Under the pieces are notes generated by a model. The model was not told the origin of the DNA. It ran no database searches and was given only the letters and a program-made list of their open reading frames with translations. From Candidatus Latescibacterota bacterium (GTDB lineage Bacteria > Latescibacterota > UBA2968 > GCA-2709665): DNA of 64,000 bases. A program made the translations under genes and the position numbers. The stretch spans positions 3,776,001-3,840,000 of the forward strand of contig OZ220733.1 in NCBI GenBank assembly GCA_965116875.1. Reading direction: 5' to 3'. Below, piece after piece: positions 20,117 through 28,924 of this stretch; positions within the stretch are counted from its first letter, which is position 1, and every line of letters starts with the position of its first letter.

Positions 20117-20941
20117 GTGGGCAACCTTCCGTTGTATCGTGGGTTTATTACCGCCCATATGAAGGCCCAGATGGAGTATCGATTCGGGTTTTTCGTAGAA
20201 CATTTCGTCTTAATGTTGTACTATTGCATTTCATATTTGGGCCTCTGGATTGTCCTTGAGAAATTTCAGACGATCGCTGGCTGGACATTCTATGAAGTAT
20301 TGCTTCTTTTCAGCCTCAACCTCTTTGCGTACTCCCTGAGCAGTTTCTTCTTCGGGTTTGGATCCATGCGCAATATGGACAGCCTTGTCCAACAAGGAAC
20401 GTTTGATAGCGTGTTGATTTTTCCCCTGAATCCGTTGGTACACCTCGCATTGAAACACTTCTCAAATAACTATGTCGCTCATTCGGTCCTCTGCATCGTA
20501 ATCTTCGTCGTGTGTTTCGAAGAATTGGATATCAAACTTGGACTCCTGGATGTCCTGCTTTTTTGTGTAGTCTTGATAGGTGGCGCGTTGATTCAGGCTG
20601 CGGCGATGATATCGACAGGAACGATCAGCTTCTGGTTTGTCAGGTCGACGTCCGCGGTAGACGGGGCAATGCAACACACGGCGAAATTTGTGGACTATCC
20701 GATTATAATCTATCAACGGTGGGTTCAGGTCGTTTTGACTTTCGTACTTCCGTTTGCGTTTATCAGTTTCTACCCTGCAGAGACGTTTCTCGGTCGAAAC
20801 AACACCTCTGTTCTACATGGTATTTTGATTTTCGACCCGCTGTTTCAATTCGGAACGCCATTGGTCGGGGCAGTCCTGTTTTTTCTCGCGTACGTGTTCT
20901 GGAAGTGGGGAATCAACCACTATCAGAGTACCGGTACTTGA
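20117..20941 (+). CDS. ABC-2 family permease (ABC2_membrane_6, COG3694-like), copy 1
   Basis: EYR, GWTFYE, G.FD..L..P.NP, YP..IY, ends YQSTGT. Confidence 0.88.
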   Translation: MGNLPLYRGFITAHMKAQMEYRFGFFVEHFVLMLYYCISYLGLWIVLEKFQTIAGWTFYEVLLLFSLNLFAYSLSSFFFGFGSMRNMDSLVQQGTFDSVLIFPLNPLVHLALKHFSNNYVAHSVLCIVIFVVCFEELDIKLGLLDVLLFCVVLIGGALIQAAAMISTGTISFWFVRSTSAVDGAMQHTAKFVDYPIIIYQRWVQVVLTFVLPFAFISFYPAETFLGRNNTSVLHGILIFDPLFQFGTPLVGAVLFFLAYVFWKWGINHYQSTGT

Positions 20942-20967
20942 ACTTGTCGATCAGGTAGTCACATAAA

Positions 20968-22026
20968 ATGGCGAAAGTCCCTTCCATACTCAGGTTTGCA
21001 GTCCGTGCAATGGTGGTACTGTTCCTGGTGTCGACCGTTCTGTGGCTCGTGAAGATCGACCAGGTTGCAGTCGGCGAGGGGCTCGTTAGTGCTGAACGCG
21101 AATCCTGGATTGGTTCCCGCGTTGAAGCTCGCGTAGAGTCCGTCCTGATCAAAGAAGGCGAAATGGTAGCTCTCGGCGACACATTGGTTAAACTGGATGG
21201 TTCAATTGCCAGGCTTCAATTGGACGAAGCCAAACATTCGTACAGAACGGCTATTGCCGAACGGGAGGTCAGTCGCGCTGAGATTGAGATCCTGGAAACT
21301 CCCCTGTCCGGGAATATTATCGCCGTACTTCAATCTGAATTGCGATCTTCAAGAGAACAACTGGATCACGCCGAGGGTCAACTTCGCAGAGAACGCGAAC
21401 TGATGATGCGTGGCGGGCTTACGTCTGCAGAGGAGCTGGCGGATGCCGTCTTGGACTCCAAGTTAACGGCCCTTCGGGTTCAGAAAATCGCATCCAAAAT
21501 AGCTGCCGAACAGGAGGAACCGGTCGCTGCACGTATACGGAAGGCTCGTTTCGACCTGCAAGCCAATCAGGCTCTCGTCCGCAAAGCCGAGGTTGAAATC
21601 TTAAAGAAAAGCAGGAACTTAGCCGACCACGCTCTCGTTGCTCCTGATTCTGGACGGATTCATCTGGTATTGGTCAGGAGGGGCGATATGGTCGCTGTGG
21701 GAGACTCTCTTCTATTGCTTGTGCCGAATGGACGTAAGTATGCGAAATGTATGGTGCCGGCAAAATTCGGGCCCTGGTTGGAGGTGGGACAGAGAGTGAT
21801 GATTTCGCCTGTCTGGGAACGGTCGTACGAGCTATCCGGACAGGTCAATTCCGTACGTCGCCATGTCGAAAAAGACCACCTCTCGGTGCTGGTTGACGTG
21901 AGTTTTGACTCGCCCCCTCCGCTGACGCTGGGCGACAAAATCAGAGTTGAAATAACACTTAGACGGAGTGGTTTGTTAAAGCTTCTATTATTCCCTTTCG
22001 AGTGGGAACAGGCCACAACATGGTAA
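20968..22026 (+). CDS. HlyD-family membrane fusion protein, copy 1
   Basis: N-terminal TM, lipoyl-like V.EG..V..GD.L..LD, long coiled-coil hairpin, AP..G.I...V..GD.V..G. Confidence 0.85.
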   Translation: MAKVPSILRFAVRAMVVLFLVSTVLWLVKIDQVAVGEGLVSAERESWIGSRVEARVESVLIKEGEMVALGDTLVKLDGSIARLQLDEAKHSYRTAIAEREVSRAEIEILETPLSGNIIAVLQSELRSSREQLDHAEGQLRRERELMMRGGLTSAEELADAVLDSKLTALRVQKIASKIAAEQEEPVAARIRKARFDLQANQALVRKAEVEILKKSRNLADHALVAPDSGRIHLVLVRRGDMVAVGDSLLLLVPNGRKYAKCMVPAKFGPWLEVGQRVMISPVWERSYELSGQVNSVRRHVEKDHLSVLVDVSFDSPPPLTLGDKIRVEITLRRSGLLKLLLFPFEWEQATTW

Positions 22027-22124
22027 GAATGTGAGAACTCGTAACGCGTGCGCGTGTCGAGTTTTGCAACGCAAGAGATGTGCCTGGCCGGGTACACCTG
22101 AACCGTCTCACGGGCGGCCATGAA

Positions 22125-22925
22125 ATGAAAGTCTATATTGAATTCCTGAAGAACGCCTTCCAGTCCAACCTGGCCTACAAGATGAACGTCTTCTTGAGCC
22201 TGGTCAGTTCTATCGTCGTTCTTCTGGTACAGATCTATTTCTGGCGCGCGCTGTTTCAGGATATCGGTCAGACACAGACGAACATGGGGGTCATCAGCTT
22301 TCGGGACATGGTCTCGTACACGCTTGTCAGCACCGGAATTTCCATTGCGATCAGCACGACGACTGTCTTCAAGGTCAACGACAAGATCAGATCGGGAGAA
22401 ATCGCCATGGACCTCATCAAGCCGGTGAGTCTGAAAGGTATGTTGTTTTTCGATGCGCTTGGAAACAACGGCTTCAGGGTGGTTTTCCAGTTGACGCCGT
22501 TTCTGATTGTTGGCATCCTGATGTTCGGCATTCGCATACCCTCCGTGCCGTATCTTGTCCTGTTCGTGATATCGGCGATCAACGGCATGATGATTTATTT
22601 TTCGATCAGCTATTTGATCGGACTGATCGGATTCTGGTTCCTTGCCGTGACGTCACTGAGTATGCTGTTCAACGTTCTGATCAACGTCTTCTCGGGTGAG
22701 ATGGTACCGCTCTGGTTCTTCCCCGATTTTCTTTACGAACTTTCCGCTTTCCTCCCGTTCCGACTCATCTATTTCGCACCGCTGGCGATATTTCTGGAGA
22801 AAACAGTCCTGGCCGACGCGATCGGCTTTATCCTGCAGCAATTCCTCTGGATCGGAATTCTGGCGGGAATCGAAAAAATATTGTGGATGAGAGCAGTGAG
22901 AAAGCTGGTCATACAGGGCGGTTGA
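22125..22925 (+). CDS. ABC-2 family permease (COG4587-like), copy 2
   Basis: Paralog of 19311-20114 (MKVYIEFLKN vs MRVYFEFIKN; both end IQGG). Start re-called at ATG 22125. Confidence 0.88.
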   Translation: MKVYIEFLKNAFQSNLAYKMNVFLSLVSSIVVLLVQIYFWRALFQDIGQTQTNMGVISFRDMVSYTLVSTGISIAISTTTVFKVNDKIRSGEIAMDLIKPVSLKGMLFFDALGNNGFRVVFQLTPFLIVGILMFGIRIPSVPYLVLFVISAINGMMIYFSISYLIGLIGFWFLAVTSLSMLFNVLINVFSGEMVPLWFFPDFLYELSAFLPFRLIYFAPLAIFLEKTVLADAIGFILQQFLWIGILAGIEKILWMRAVRKLVIQGG

Positions 22926-22926
22926 G

Positions 22927-23748
22927 ATGGGCAACTTAAGATTGTACGGACGATTCCTGGTCGTCTATCTGAAGACCCTGATCGAATACAGATTTAACTT
23001 TTTTACTTCACAGATCATCACGATCGTTGTGTATCTGATCAGCTTCCTGGGCGTTTGGATTGTTCTGAATAAGTTCAAAATCATACACGGATGGAATTTC
23101 TATGAGATCATGCTGCTGTACAATCTCAATCTCTTTTCGTACGGCGCAAGCAGTCTGTTTTTCCGTGGACCCATGCGCCGTCTGGAGTATATGGTTCAGG
23201 ACGGTTCATTCGACAGTATTCTGATCTATCCGATGAACCCTTTCGCGAACTTGATTTGTCGCGATTTCAGTCACAGTTTCATGGCCCATATGGTCCTGGG
23301 CGTCGTATTCTTTTATATCTGTTTTGAAAACCTGAGCATTGTGTGGACGTGGATGAACGTGGTCTGGTTCGGGCTGGTGCTGATTGGCGCCACGTTGATC
23401 CAGGCGGCGATCATGGTACTGACGGGAACGATGAGCTTCTGGTTTGTGAGGTCGGCGGCAGTTGTCGATACGGCGATTTACGGTTTGAGGAGGTTTGTCA
23501 ACTATCCTCTCGGCATGTACGACAAATGGGTGCAGGTACTCTTGACTTTCGTCATCCCCTACGGCTTTGTCGCCTATTTCCCTGCGGAGGATTTCCTGAA
23601 CAAATCGGACGCTCCATTGTTCCACGGGATCACTCTGTTCGATCCGTTATTCCAGTACGGGACGCCTCTGGTCGGCATCGTGAGCTTTTTCCTGGCATAC
23701 AGACTCTGGTGTGTCGGCATCAACAGATACGAGAGTACAGGATCGTAG
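22927..23748 (+). CDS. ABC-2 family permease (COG3694-like), copy 2
   Basis: Paralog of 20117-20941 (HGI..FDPLFQ.GTPLVG; ends YESTGS). Confidence 0.88.
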   Translation: MGNLRLYGRFLVVYLKTLIEYRFNFFTSQIITIVVYLISFLGVWIVLNKFKIIHGWNFYEIMLLYNLNLFSYGASSLFFRGPMRRLEYMVQDGSFDSILIYPMNPFANLICRDFSHSFMAHMVLGVVFFYICFENLSIVWTWMNVVWFGLVLIGATLIQAAIMVLTGTMSFWFVRSAAVVDTAIYGLRRFVNYPLGMYDKWVQVLLTFVIPYGFVAYFPAEDFLNKSDAPLFHGITLFDPLFQYGTPLVGIVSFFLAYRLWCVGINRYESTGS

Positions 23749-23769
23749 TCTCCTGCGGGTTTTGATACC

Positions 23770-24825
23770 ATGCTGCGTACTTCCAAATACATCCTGCGCT
23801 TCCTTGCGGTCATTCTGGCCGTCGTCGCAGTTCTGTGGTTTGTGGAAATCGACCAGGTGGCAAAGGGCACAGGAAGAATCGTACCCGAGAGAGAAATCTG
23901 GATAAGTGGGCTCGTCGAAGCGCAGATCGCAAGGGTCTACGTGGAAGAGGGTCAACTGGTGGCGGCGGGAGATTCGCTGATTGCGTTCAAGAGAGACATC
24001 GCCGAATCCCGGCTCACGGTTGCAAGACGAGCCTATGAGCGTTCCGTGGCCGAGCGGGAGGCCGCGAGGGCTGCGCTCCAGGCCGTGGAGGCGTCGCCTC
24101 CCGAACAGGAACTGAAAGGACTCAGCAGTGAATTGGAAACCATGAAGGAGAAAGCTCGTTTGGCGAACTGGCAGTTGAAGATGGCACAGAGATTATTCGA
24201 TCACGGCGGGCTTGTCAGTGCTGACGATCTGGAGAAAGCCAGGTCGGATTCGATCCTCGCCACGATGCATATCGAGAAATCGATGTCAGCGTTGGAGTTG
24301 TTGAAGTCAGGGGCGATAACTCCCCTTCGCAAGAAGGCGTTCTTTACGTTCAAGGCAAGGGATGCGGAAGTTGCCGAAGCGGAAGCGGCGTACACCATGT
24401 TTCGCCGGGAAATGGGACACTATACGCTGCGGGCGCCCGCGCCGGGACGGATCCTGATGGTCCTGCGCAAGGCGGGCGCGGTTCCCGCCGTGGGCGATAC
24501 GCTGATGTTGATCGGATCGGAGGATCCTGTGATGGCCGAGTGCCACGTTCCCGCAGAGTTCGCTCCGTGGATCAGGCGGGGACAGGATGTCGATCTCTGG
24601 CCGCAGTGGGAAAGTTCATATGAATTTTCGGGCCAGGTTCATTCCGTGCGACGCTATGTGCAGCGAAAGGGATATCCCTCGGTACGCGTACTTGTGAAAA
24701 TCGATTCGGCGCCACCTCTGATTCCCGGCAACCGACTCGTGGCCGAGGTAAAGCTGCGCCGCGCCAGTGTTCTTGAGTTGATTCTGTTTCCATTTGACTG
24801 GTCAATCGCCGGCGATTCAGAATAG
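23770..24825 (+). CDS. HlyD-family membrane fusion protein, copy 2
   Basis: Paralog of 20968-22026 (IDQVA, VPA.F.PW, WE.SYE.SGQV.SVRR, LFPF.W). Confidence 0.85.
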   Translation: MLRTSKYILRFLAVILAVVAVLWFVEIDQVAKGTGRIVPEREIWISGLVEAQIARVYVEEGQLVAAGDSLIAFKRDIAESRLTVARRAYERSVAEREAARAALQAVEASPPEQELKGLSSELETMKEKARLANWQLKMAQRLFDHGGLVSADDLEKARSDSILATMHIEKSMSALELLKSGAITPLRKKAFFTFKARDAEVAEAEAAYTMFRREMGHYTLRAPAPGRILMVLRKAGAVPAVGDTLMLIGSEDPVMAECHVPAEFAPWIRRGQDVDLWPQWESSYEFSGQVHSVRRYVQRKGYPSVRVLVKIDSAPPLIPGNRLVAEVKLRRASVLELILFPFDWSIAGDSE

Positions 24826-24879
24826 GCGGTTCGACGTGATGTACCGTGCCTGGTAGGCGACCGCGACGCCCTTTCCAGG

Positions 24880-26118
24880 CTAGTCGCCGAAAACCCCGTC
24901 CGCCCCGGACAGGAGATTCTCGACCCGTTCGCCCGCCTTCATCACACCCCGAACCCGCCTCAGACATGCCACATTCTCGATGGGGTTTCCGTCCACGGCA
25001 ATCACGTCGGCCAGATAACCCGGCGCGAGGCGACCCAGCTGATCCGCAACTCCCAGCAGCTCCGCCGTATTCGTCGTCACCGCCCTGATCGCGTCGGTGG
25101 CTGAAACCCCGAGGTCCGCAAGCGCTCGGGCCTCCCGCCACAACGTCGCGTGGGTGCTGTCCGTCCCCAGGCATACCTTCACGCCGGCGCGAACGGCTTC
25201 GGGCAGGTGACGCGCCGTGCGTACCCTGGCGCGCTCGACCCGACGCCGCCACCAGTCCATTCGCCAGGTTTCGAAGGACTCGAATCCAACCTCCGGGTCG
25301 AAGAACAGTTGAAGGTTGGGATCGCTCAGGTACGCGCCGGACTTCACAAACAGGTCGACGTCTTCGGCCTCGAGCAGATTCGCGTGTTCGATGCTGTCGA
25401 TCCCGGCCTCCATCGCCCACCGCATCGCCGGGCCGCCGATGGCGTGCGCGGCAACGGGAATGCCCAGGTCGTGCGAGACGCCGATCGCCTCCTCGATTTC
25501 CGCCCGTGAATAAGCCGCGATATCCGTGAGGTCTCCGCGGAGGTAGTCCTCGAAGGTATCGCCGTCTCTCACGTTGGTAATGAACAGTTTGGTCCAATCC
25601 GCGCCGCACGAGGCGTTCTCGCGTATCCGGGCCCTCAGTTCCTTTGCGCCATCCGCCGGAAATGACAGAAATGGCGCTGTCCCATGGCCCGGACGCAGCG
25701 CCTTTACACATACCTTGAGTCGGGGACCCACCGCCTCCTTTCGTTCGATCGCCTCCTGGAACGGCTTTTCGACGTCCTCACGGTCTCCAAGCGTCCGCAT
25801 CGTGGTGACGCCCGTAGCCAGGTCGCTCCGGAGGTTCATCGCCCCCCGAAGGACGGCGGTCGCGGTATCCAGTTCGAAATGGTCGTTTAGCGGTACGCGG
25901 AACCTGTTGTTGGCCGTAATGTGGGTATGGGCGTCGATCAGGGCGGGCATCACCGTCCAGGAAGACCAGTCCAGCGTCTCCCAAGCTGGATCCACGTCCA
26001 GGGTCGCCGGCGCGCCCGCGCCGAGAATGCGCTCGCCATCGATGATTGCGATCCCGCCGGGCATGGGCGCCTCTCCGGGATCCGTGATGAGCAGCTTCGA
26101 TTTGATCAGGAGCGGCAT
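24880..26118 (-). CDS. Metal-dependent amidohydrolase (Xaa-Pro dipeptidase/HutI-like)
   Basis: PALIDAHTH, GVTTMR, AAHA, IEH, GTD, G.LAPG..AD motifs. Confidence 0.88.
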   Translation of the reverse strand: MPLLIKSKLLITDPGEAPMPGGIAIIDGERILGAGAPATLDVDPAWETLDWSSWTVMPALIDAHTHITANNRFRVPLNDHFELDTATAVLRGAMNLRSDLATGVTTMRTLGDREDVEKPFQEAIERKEAVGPRLKVCVKALRPGHGTAPFLSFPADGAKELRARIRENASCGADWTKLFITNVRDGDTFEDYLRGDLTDIAAYSRAEIEEAIGVSHDLGIPVAAHAIGGPAMRWAMEAGIDSIEHANLLEAEDVDLFVKSGAYLSDPNLQLFFDPEVGFESFETWRMDWWRRRVERARVRTARHLPEAVRAGVKVCLGTDSTHATLWREARALADLGVSATDAIRAVTTNTAELLGVADQLGRLAPGYLADVIAVDGNPIENVACLRRVRGVMKAGERVENLLSGADGVFGD

Positions 26119-26157
26119 GGGCGGGCCGTAACCTCTACCGGGAGTCGACGAACGGCG

Positions 26158-27096
26158 TCAGACGCGGACCAGTTTGCGGAAACTGCGCATTTCTCTGGGC
26201 GGATCCAGCTGCGAGCCGAACGCGCTCCAGGACACCTCTCCCACGTAGATGTCCCCTCGCGAGTCCACGGCCACACCGTGCGGCGCCGTGAACTGGCCGG
26301 GACCCTCGCCGGCCAGGGGGTCGCCCAGCCGGGCGAGGCGTTCGCCGTTCAGGTCGTGAATGCTCACGCACGAGCCTATGTCGGGATAGGTTGCGTTGAC
26401 CTCGAGTTGCGTGGGCAGTTGTCCGACGTAAACGAGGTCGCCGTCGATATGAAGACCGCAGGGACGGTGAAGATTGTTCCACTGTGTGAGATAATTGCCC
26501 TCGGGGTCGAACACCTGCACACGGTGGTTCTCCCGGTCGGCAATGTAGACCGAACCACGGCTGTCCGTACAGACGCTGTGCACCAGGTTGAACTGTCCCG
26601 GATCCGTTCCGTAATTTCCCCACGACGACAGATGTTCGCCCGTCGGTGAAAACCTGTGCACGCGCGCGTTGCCGTAACCGTCAGATACGTAAAGGTCTCC
26701 CGTCGCCGGATCGAAAGCCACCTTGGTGGGCTGGTTGAACGGCAACCCGCTCTGCGCCGGGGCGCCCTCGCCGGGGGTGCCGATGACCATCAGAACCTCG
26801 CCTTCCAGCGTGCACTTGCGGATACAGTGTCCCTGGTCATCCACGCAATACAGCATGCCGTCGGGCCCCAGCGTCAGGCCGTGGGGACGCACGAACAGGC
26901 CCTCGCCCCATGATTCCAGGAAGTGCCCGTCCCGGTCGAACACGATCACCGGATGTTCTCCCCGGTTGAACACGTAAACCCGGTCGTCGGAGTCTACGGC
27001 CACGTCCACCACCTCCTTGAACCGCCAGCCGCCGGGCAGACGCGCCCAATCGGTTCGTTCCTCATACTGGTATTCACCGCTGCCGAGAATCGTCAT
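26158..27096 (-). CDS. NHL-repeat protein, peptidyl-alpha-hydroxyglycine alpha-amidating lyase family
   Basis: DVAVDSDDRVYVFNRG, SDGYGNARV, YIADRENHRVQVF, PHGVAVDSRGD. Start re-called at ATG 27096. Confidence 0.87.
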   Translation of the reverse strand: MTILGSGEYQYEERTDWARLPGGWRFKEVVDVAVDSDDRVYVFNRGEHPVIVFDRDGHFLESWGEGLFVRPHGLTLGPDGMLYCVDDQGHCIRKCTLEGEVLMVIGTPGEGAPAQSGLPFNQPTKVAFDPATGDLYVSDGYGNARVHRFSPTGEHLSSWGNYGTDPGQFNLVHSVCTDSRGSVYIADRENHRVQVFDPEGNYLTQWNNLHRPCGLHIDGDLVYVGQLPTQLEVNATYPDIGSCVSIHDLNGERLARLGDPLAGEGPGQFTAPHGVAVDSRGDIYVGEVSWSAFGSQLDPPREMRSFRKLVRV

Positions 27097-27299
27097 TGGG
27101 CAACCCTTTCGTCTCTGTCGATGTTTGGTCCGCACCGCGGGCTCTCGCCGGACGGCGTCGCGGAATCCGTGTTGTTTCCACGATTTGAGCCAACAATCGA
27201 ACGGTGTGCAGTATACGCCTCCGTACTCCGGACTGTCAACCGGAACCGGTGTCGCCGGTGGCGGGTCTGTTGTGGATTCGAATGGGTGCGCCATCCTCC

Positions 27300-27385
27300 T
27301 ACCAGCCCGTTGAAAAAGCCCATCCGGGCTGCCTGCCAGGACTTCACTGGCAGGCCTGCAGAGCGACTTTATCAACGGACTGCTA
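27300..27385. mobile_element. MITE with IS5/IS1182-like termini (family E copy 1)
   Basis: TA-CCAGCCCGTTGAAAAAG ... CTTTATCAACGGACTGC-TA imperfect TIRs. Same ends as 30205-30370, in opposite orientation. Confidence 0.65.
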
Positions 27386-27494
27386 CGGCGCATAAATCAC
27401 TTGATTGCGAAAAAGCGCGGCGCTATCTTCTGCCACGCGAAGTCTCGCCTGGCTCCGAAAGGCGCCATCCGACGAACAACAGGAAACCGACTTC

Positions 27495-27767
27495 ATGAAC
27501 ATCGCACCCGTACAGGTCGCCTACCGTGGTTTTCAGTGCAATCTCTCCGACGACCGCATCCTGAACTGCATCCAGCGTGCGCTGCACACGGGAAGGGTGA
27601 AGCGTCCACCGTTCACGCGCTGGCCGGGGGGAGAACCGATCTCCGTCCACATCGGCGAGTCCCACCTGACGAACTGGAGGCGGCAGTACCAGGAAGGCGC
27701 GAAAGTGAACATCCCTGAAAAACTGACAGAAGAGTTGAACGACATCCTCGGTATAGTCTCTTCGTGA
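27495..27767 (+). CDS. Hypothetical 90-aa protein
   Basis: AGGA upstream of ATG 27495, genome-like GC3 codon usage, fills an intergenic gap. No recognised motif. Confidence 0.6.
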   Translation: MNIAPVQVAYRGFQCNLSDDRILNCIQRALHTGRVKRPPFTRWPGGEPISVHIGESHLTNWRRQYQEGAKVNIPEKLTEELNDILGIVSS

Positions 27768-27819
27768 GGGGAAACGCGAACGCAAAGTGAATAGTTTCCG
27801 GCGTTGTTTTTTATATGGT

Positions 27820-27947
27820 GGAGAGACGGAAGACGGGAGAGGGTAGAGATTACCTGCCTTGTGCGGATTCTTTCAGTGCCGGAGGCAAGAAGGGAAAACA
27901 TACCGGGCAATGGGTTTCTTCTACCGTCTTCCGTCTCACGGCTTCCC
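27820..27947. repeat. Repeat family A copy 2
   Basis: GAGACGGAAGACGGGAGAGGGTAGAGATTACCTGCCTTGTGCGGATTC...GGCAAG..GGAAAACAT.CCGGGCAA...TTCTTCTACCGTCTTCCGTCTC. Near-identical to 44007-44137. Confidence 0.85.
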
Positions 27948-27982
27948 GATTTTCTGCCTCCGATTCGAAAAAGGAGACCGCA

Positions 27983-28792
27983 ATGGACGACGAAGAGAGA
28001 TACTTCTTCGACCTCAATGGCTATCTCGTGGTTGAGAACGCCCTCTCCTCCGAGGAAGTTGCCGCGTGCAACGAAGCCATCGACCGGAATGCGAACCGCA
28101 TCCGAGAACGTCAGGAAGAACAGTCGCTGTCGGGGAAATCCAGAACGCTCAGGGGTCAACAGGGCCGCGGCGATCTGGGCGGCATGCTCACGTGGCCCAC
28201 GCCCTGGTGCCAGCCCTTCCGGGACCTCCTGGCCCATCCGAATATCGTACCGTACCTGAACGAACTGCTGCGCGAGGGATTCCGCCTGGACCACGTGTAC
28301 GGCATCATCATGAGGAAGGGTACGGAAGGACACGTGCTGCACGGCGGCGGTACCACGGACGACCTGACCCATTTCTACCAGTTCCACAATGGAAGGATGC
28401 GCTGCGGACTTACCGTTGTCGCCTGGATGTTCACGGACTGCGGACCTGGAGACGGCGGTTTTGCTTGTATACCGGGTAGCCACAAGTCGAACTACCCCAC
28501 GCCGCGGGACGTGGCGCTGCTGGACAGAGACATCGGCGTGGTGCGGCAGGTGGAGGCGAAGGCCGGCTCAGCCGTTATCTTCACAGAAGCCCTCACGCAC
28601 GGCACGATGCCCTGGAAGGCCGACCACCAGCGGCGTTCCATTCTGTACAAGTACGCGCCGGGGCCCCTGACTTATTCGAGAGTCCACGTGCCGGAGGGTG
28701 TGGCGGAAGTACTGGATGAGTTCACGCCCCGGCAGCGGGCCGTGCTCGAACCGCCGTACCGCCCCGCGCGCCCGACCGTATCCACCGCCTGA
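27983..28792 (+). CDS. Phytanoyl-CoA dioxygenase (PhyH) family protein
   Basis: FFDLNGYLVV...LS.EEV, GG...IPGSHK, AGS.VIF.E.L.HG...W. AGGAG RBS before ATG 27983. Confidence 0.88.
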   Translation: MDDEERYFFDLNGYLVVENALSSEEVAACNEAIDRNANRIRERQEEQSLSGKSRTLRGQQGRGDLGGMLTWPTPWCQPFRDLLAHPNIVPYLNELLREGFRLDHVYGIIMRKGTEGHVLHGGGTTDDLTHFYQFHNGRMRCGLTVVAWMFTDCGPGDGGFACIPGSHKSNYPTPRDVALLDRDIGVVRQVEAKAGSAVIFTEALTHGTMPWKADHQRRSILYKYAPGPLTYSRVHVPEGVAEVLDEFTPRQRAVLEPPYRPARPTVSTA

Positions 28793-28924
28793 GCGCAGGC
28801 ATCCCATCCATGATCGACCACGGCGCGGGACCGCGATTCGAGTGAACCCGAAACGGGTACATGCAAACGGCCCCCGTCGTGTTTCGACGGGGGCCGCGAA
28901 CCGTTCCGAACTCGCTTCTGGCGT

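Noticed and set aside
27815-27982. N-terminal extensions in the ORF track (also 1582-1746, 27097-27393, 36321-36524, 48356-48562, 50303-50407)
   Set aside because: They are read-through of repeats or the T-box leader. Downstream starts with an RBS match the family N-termini.
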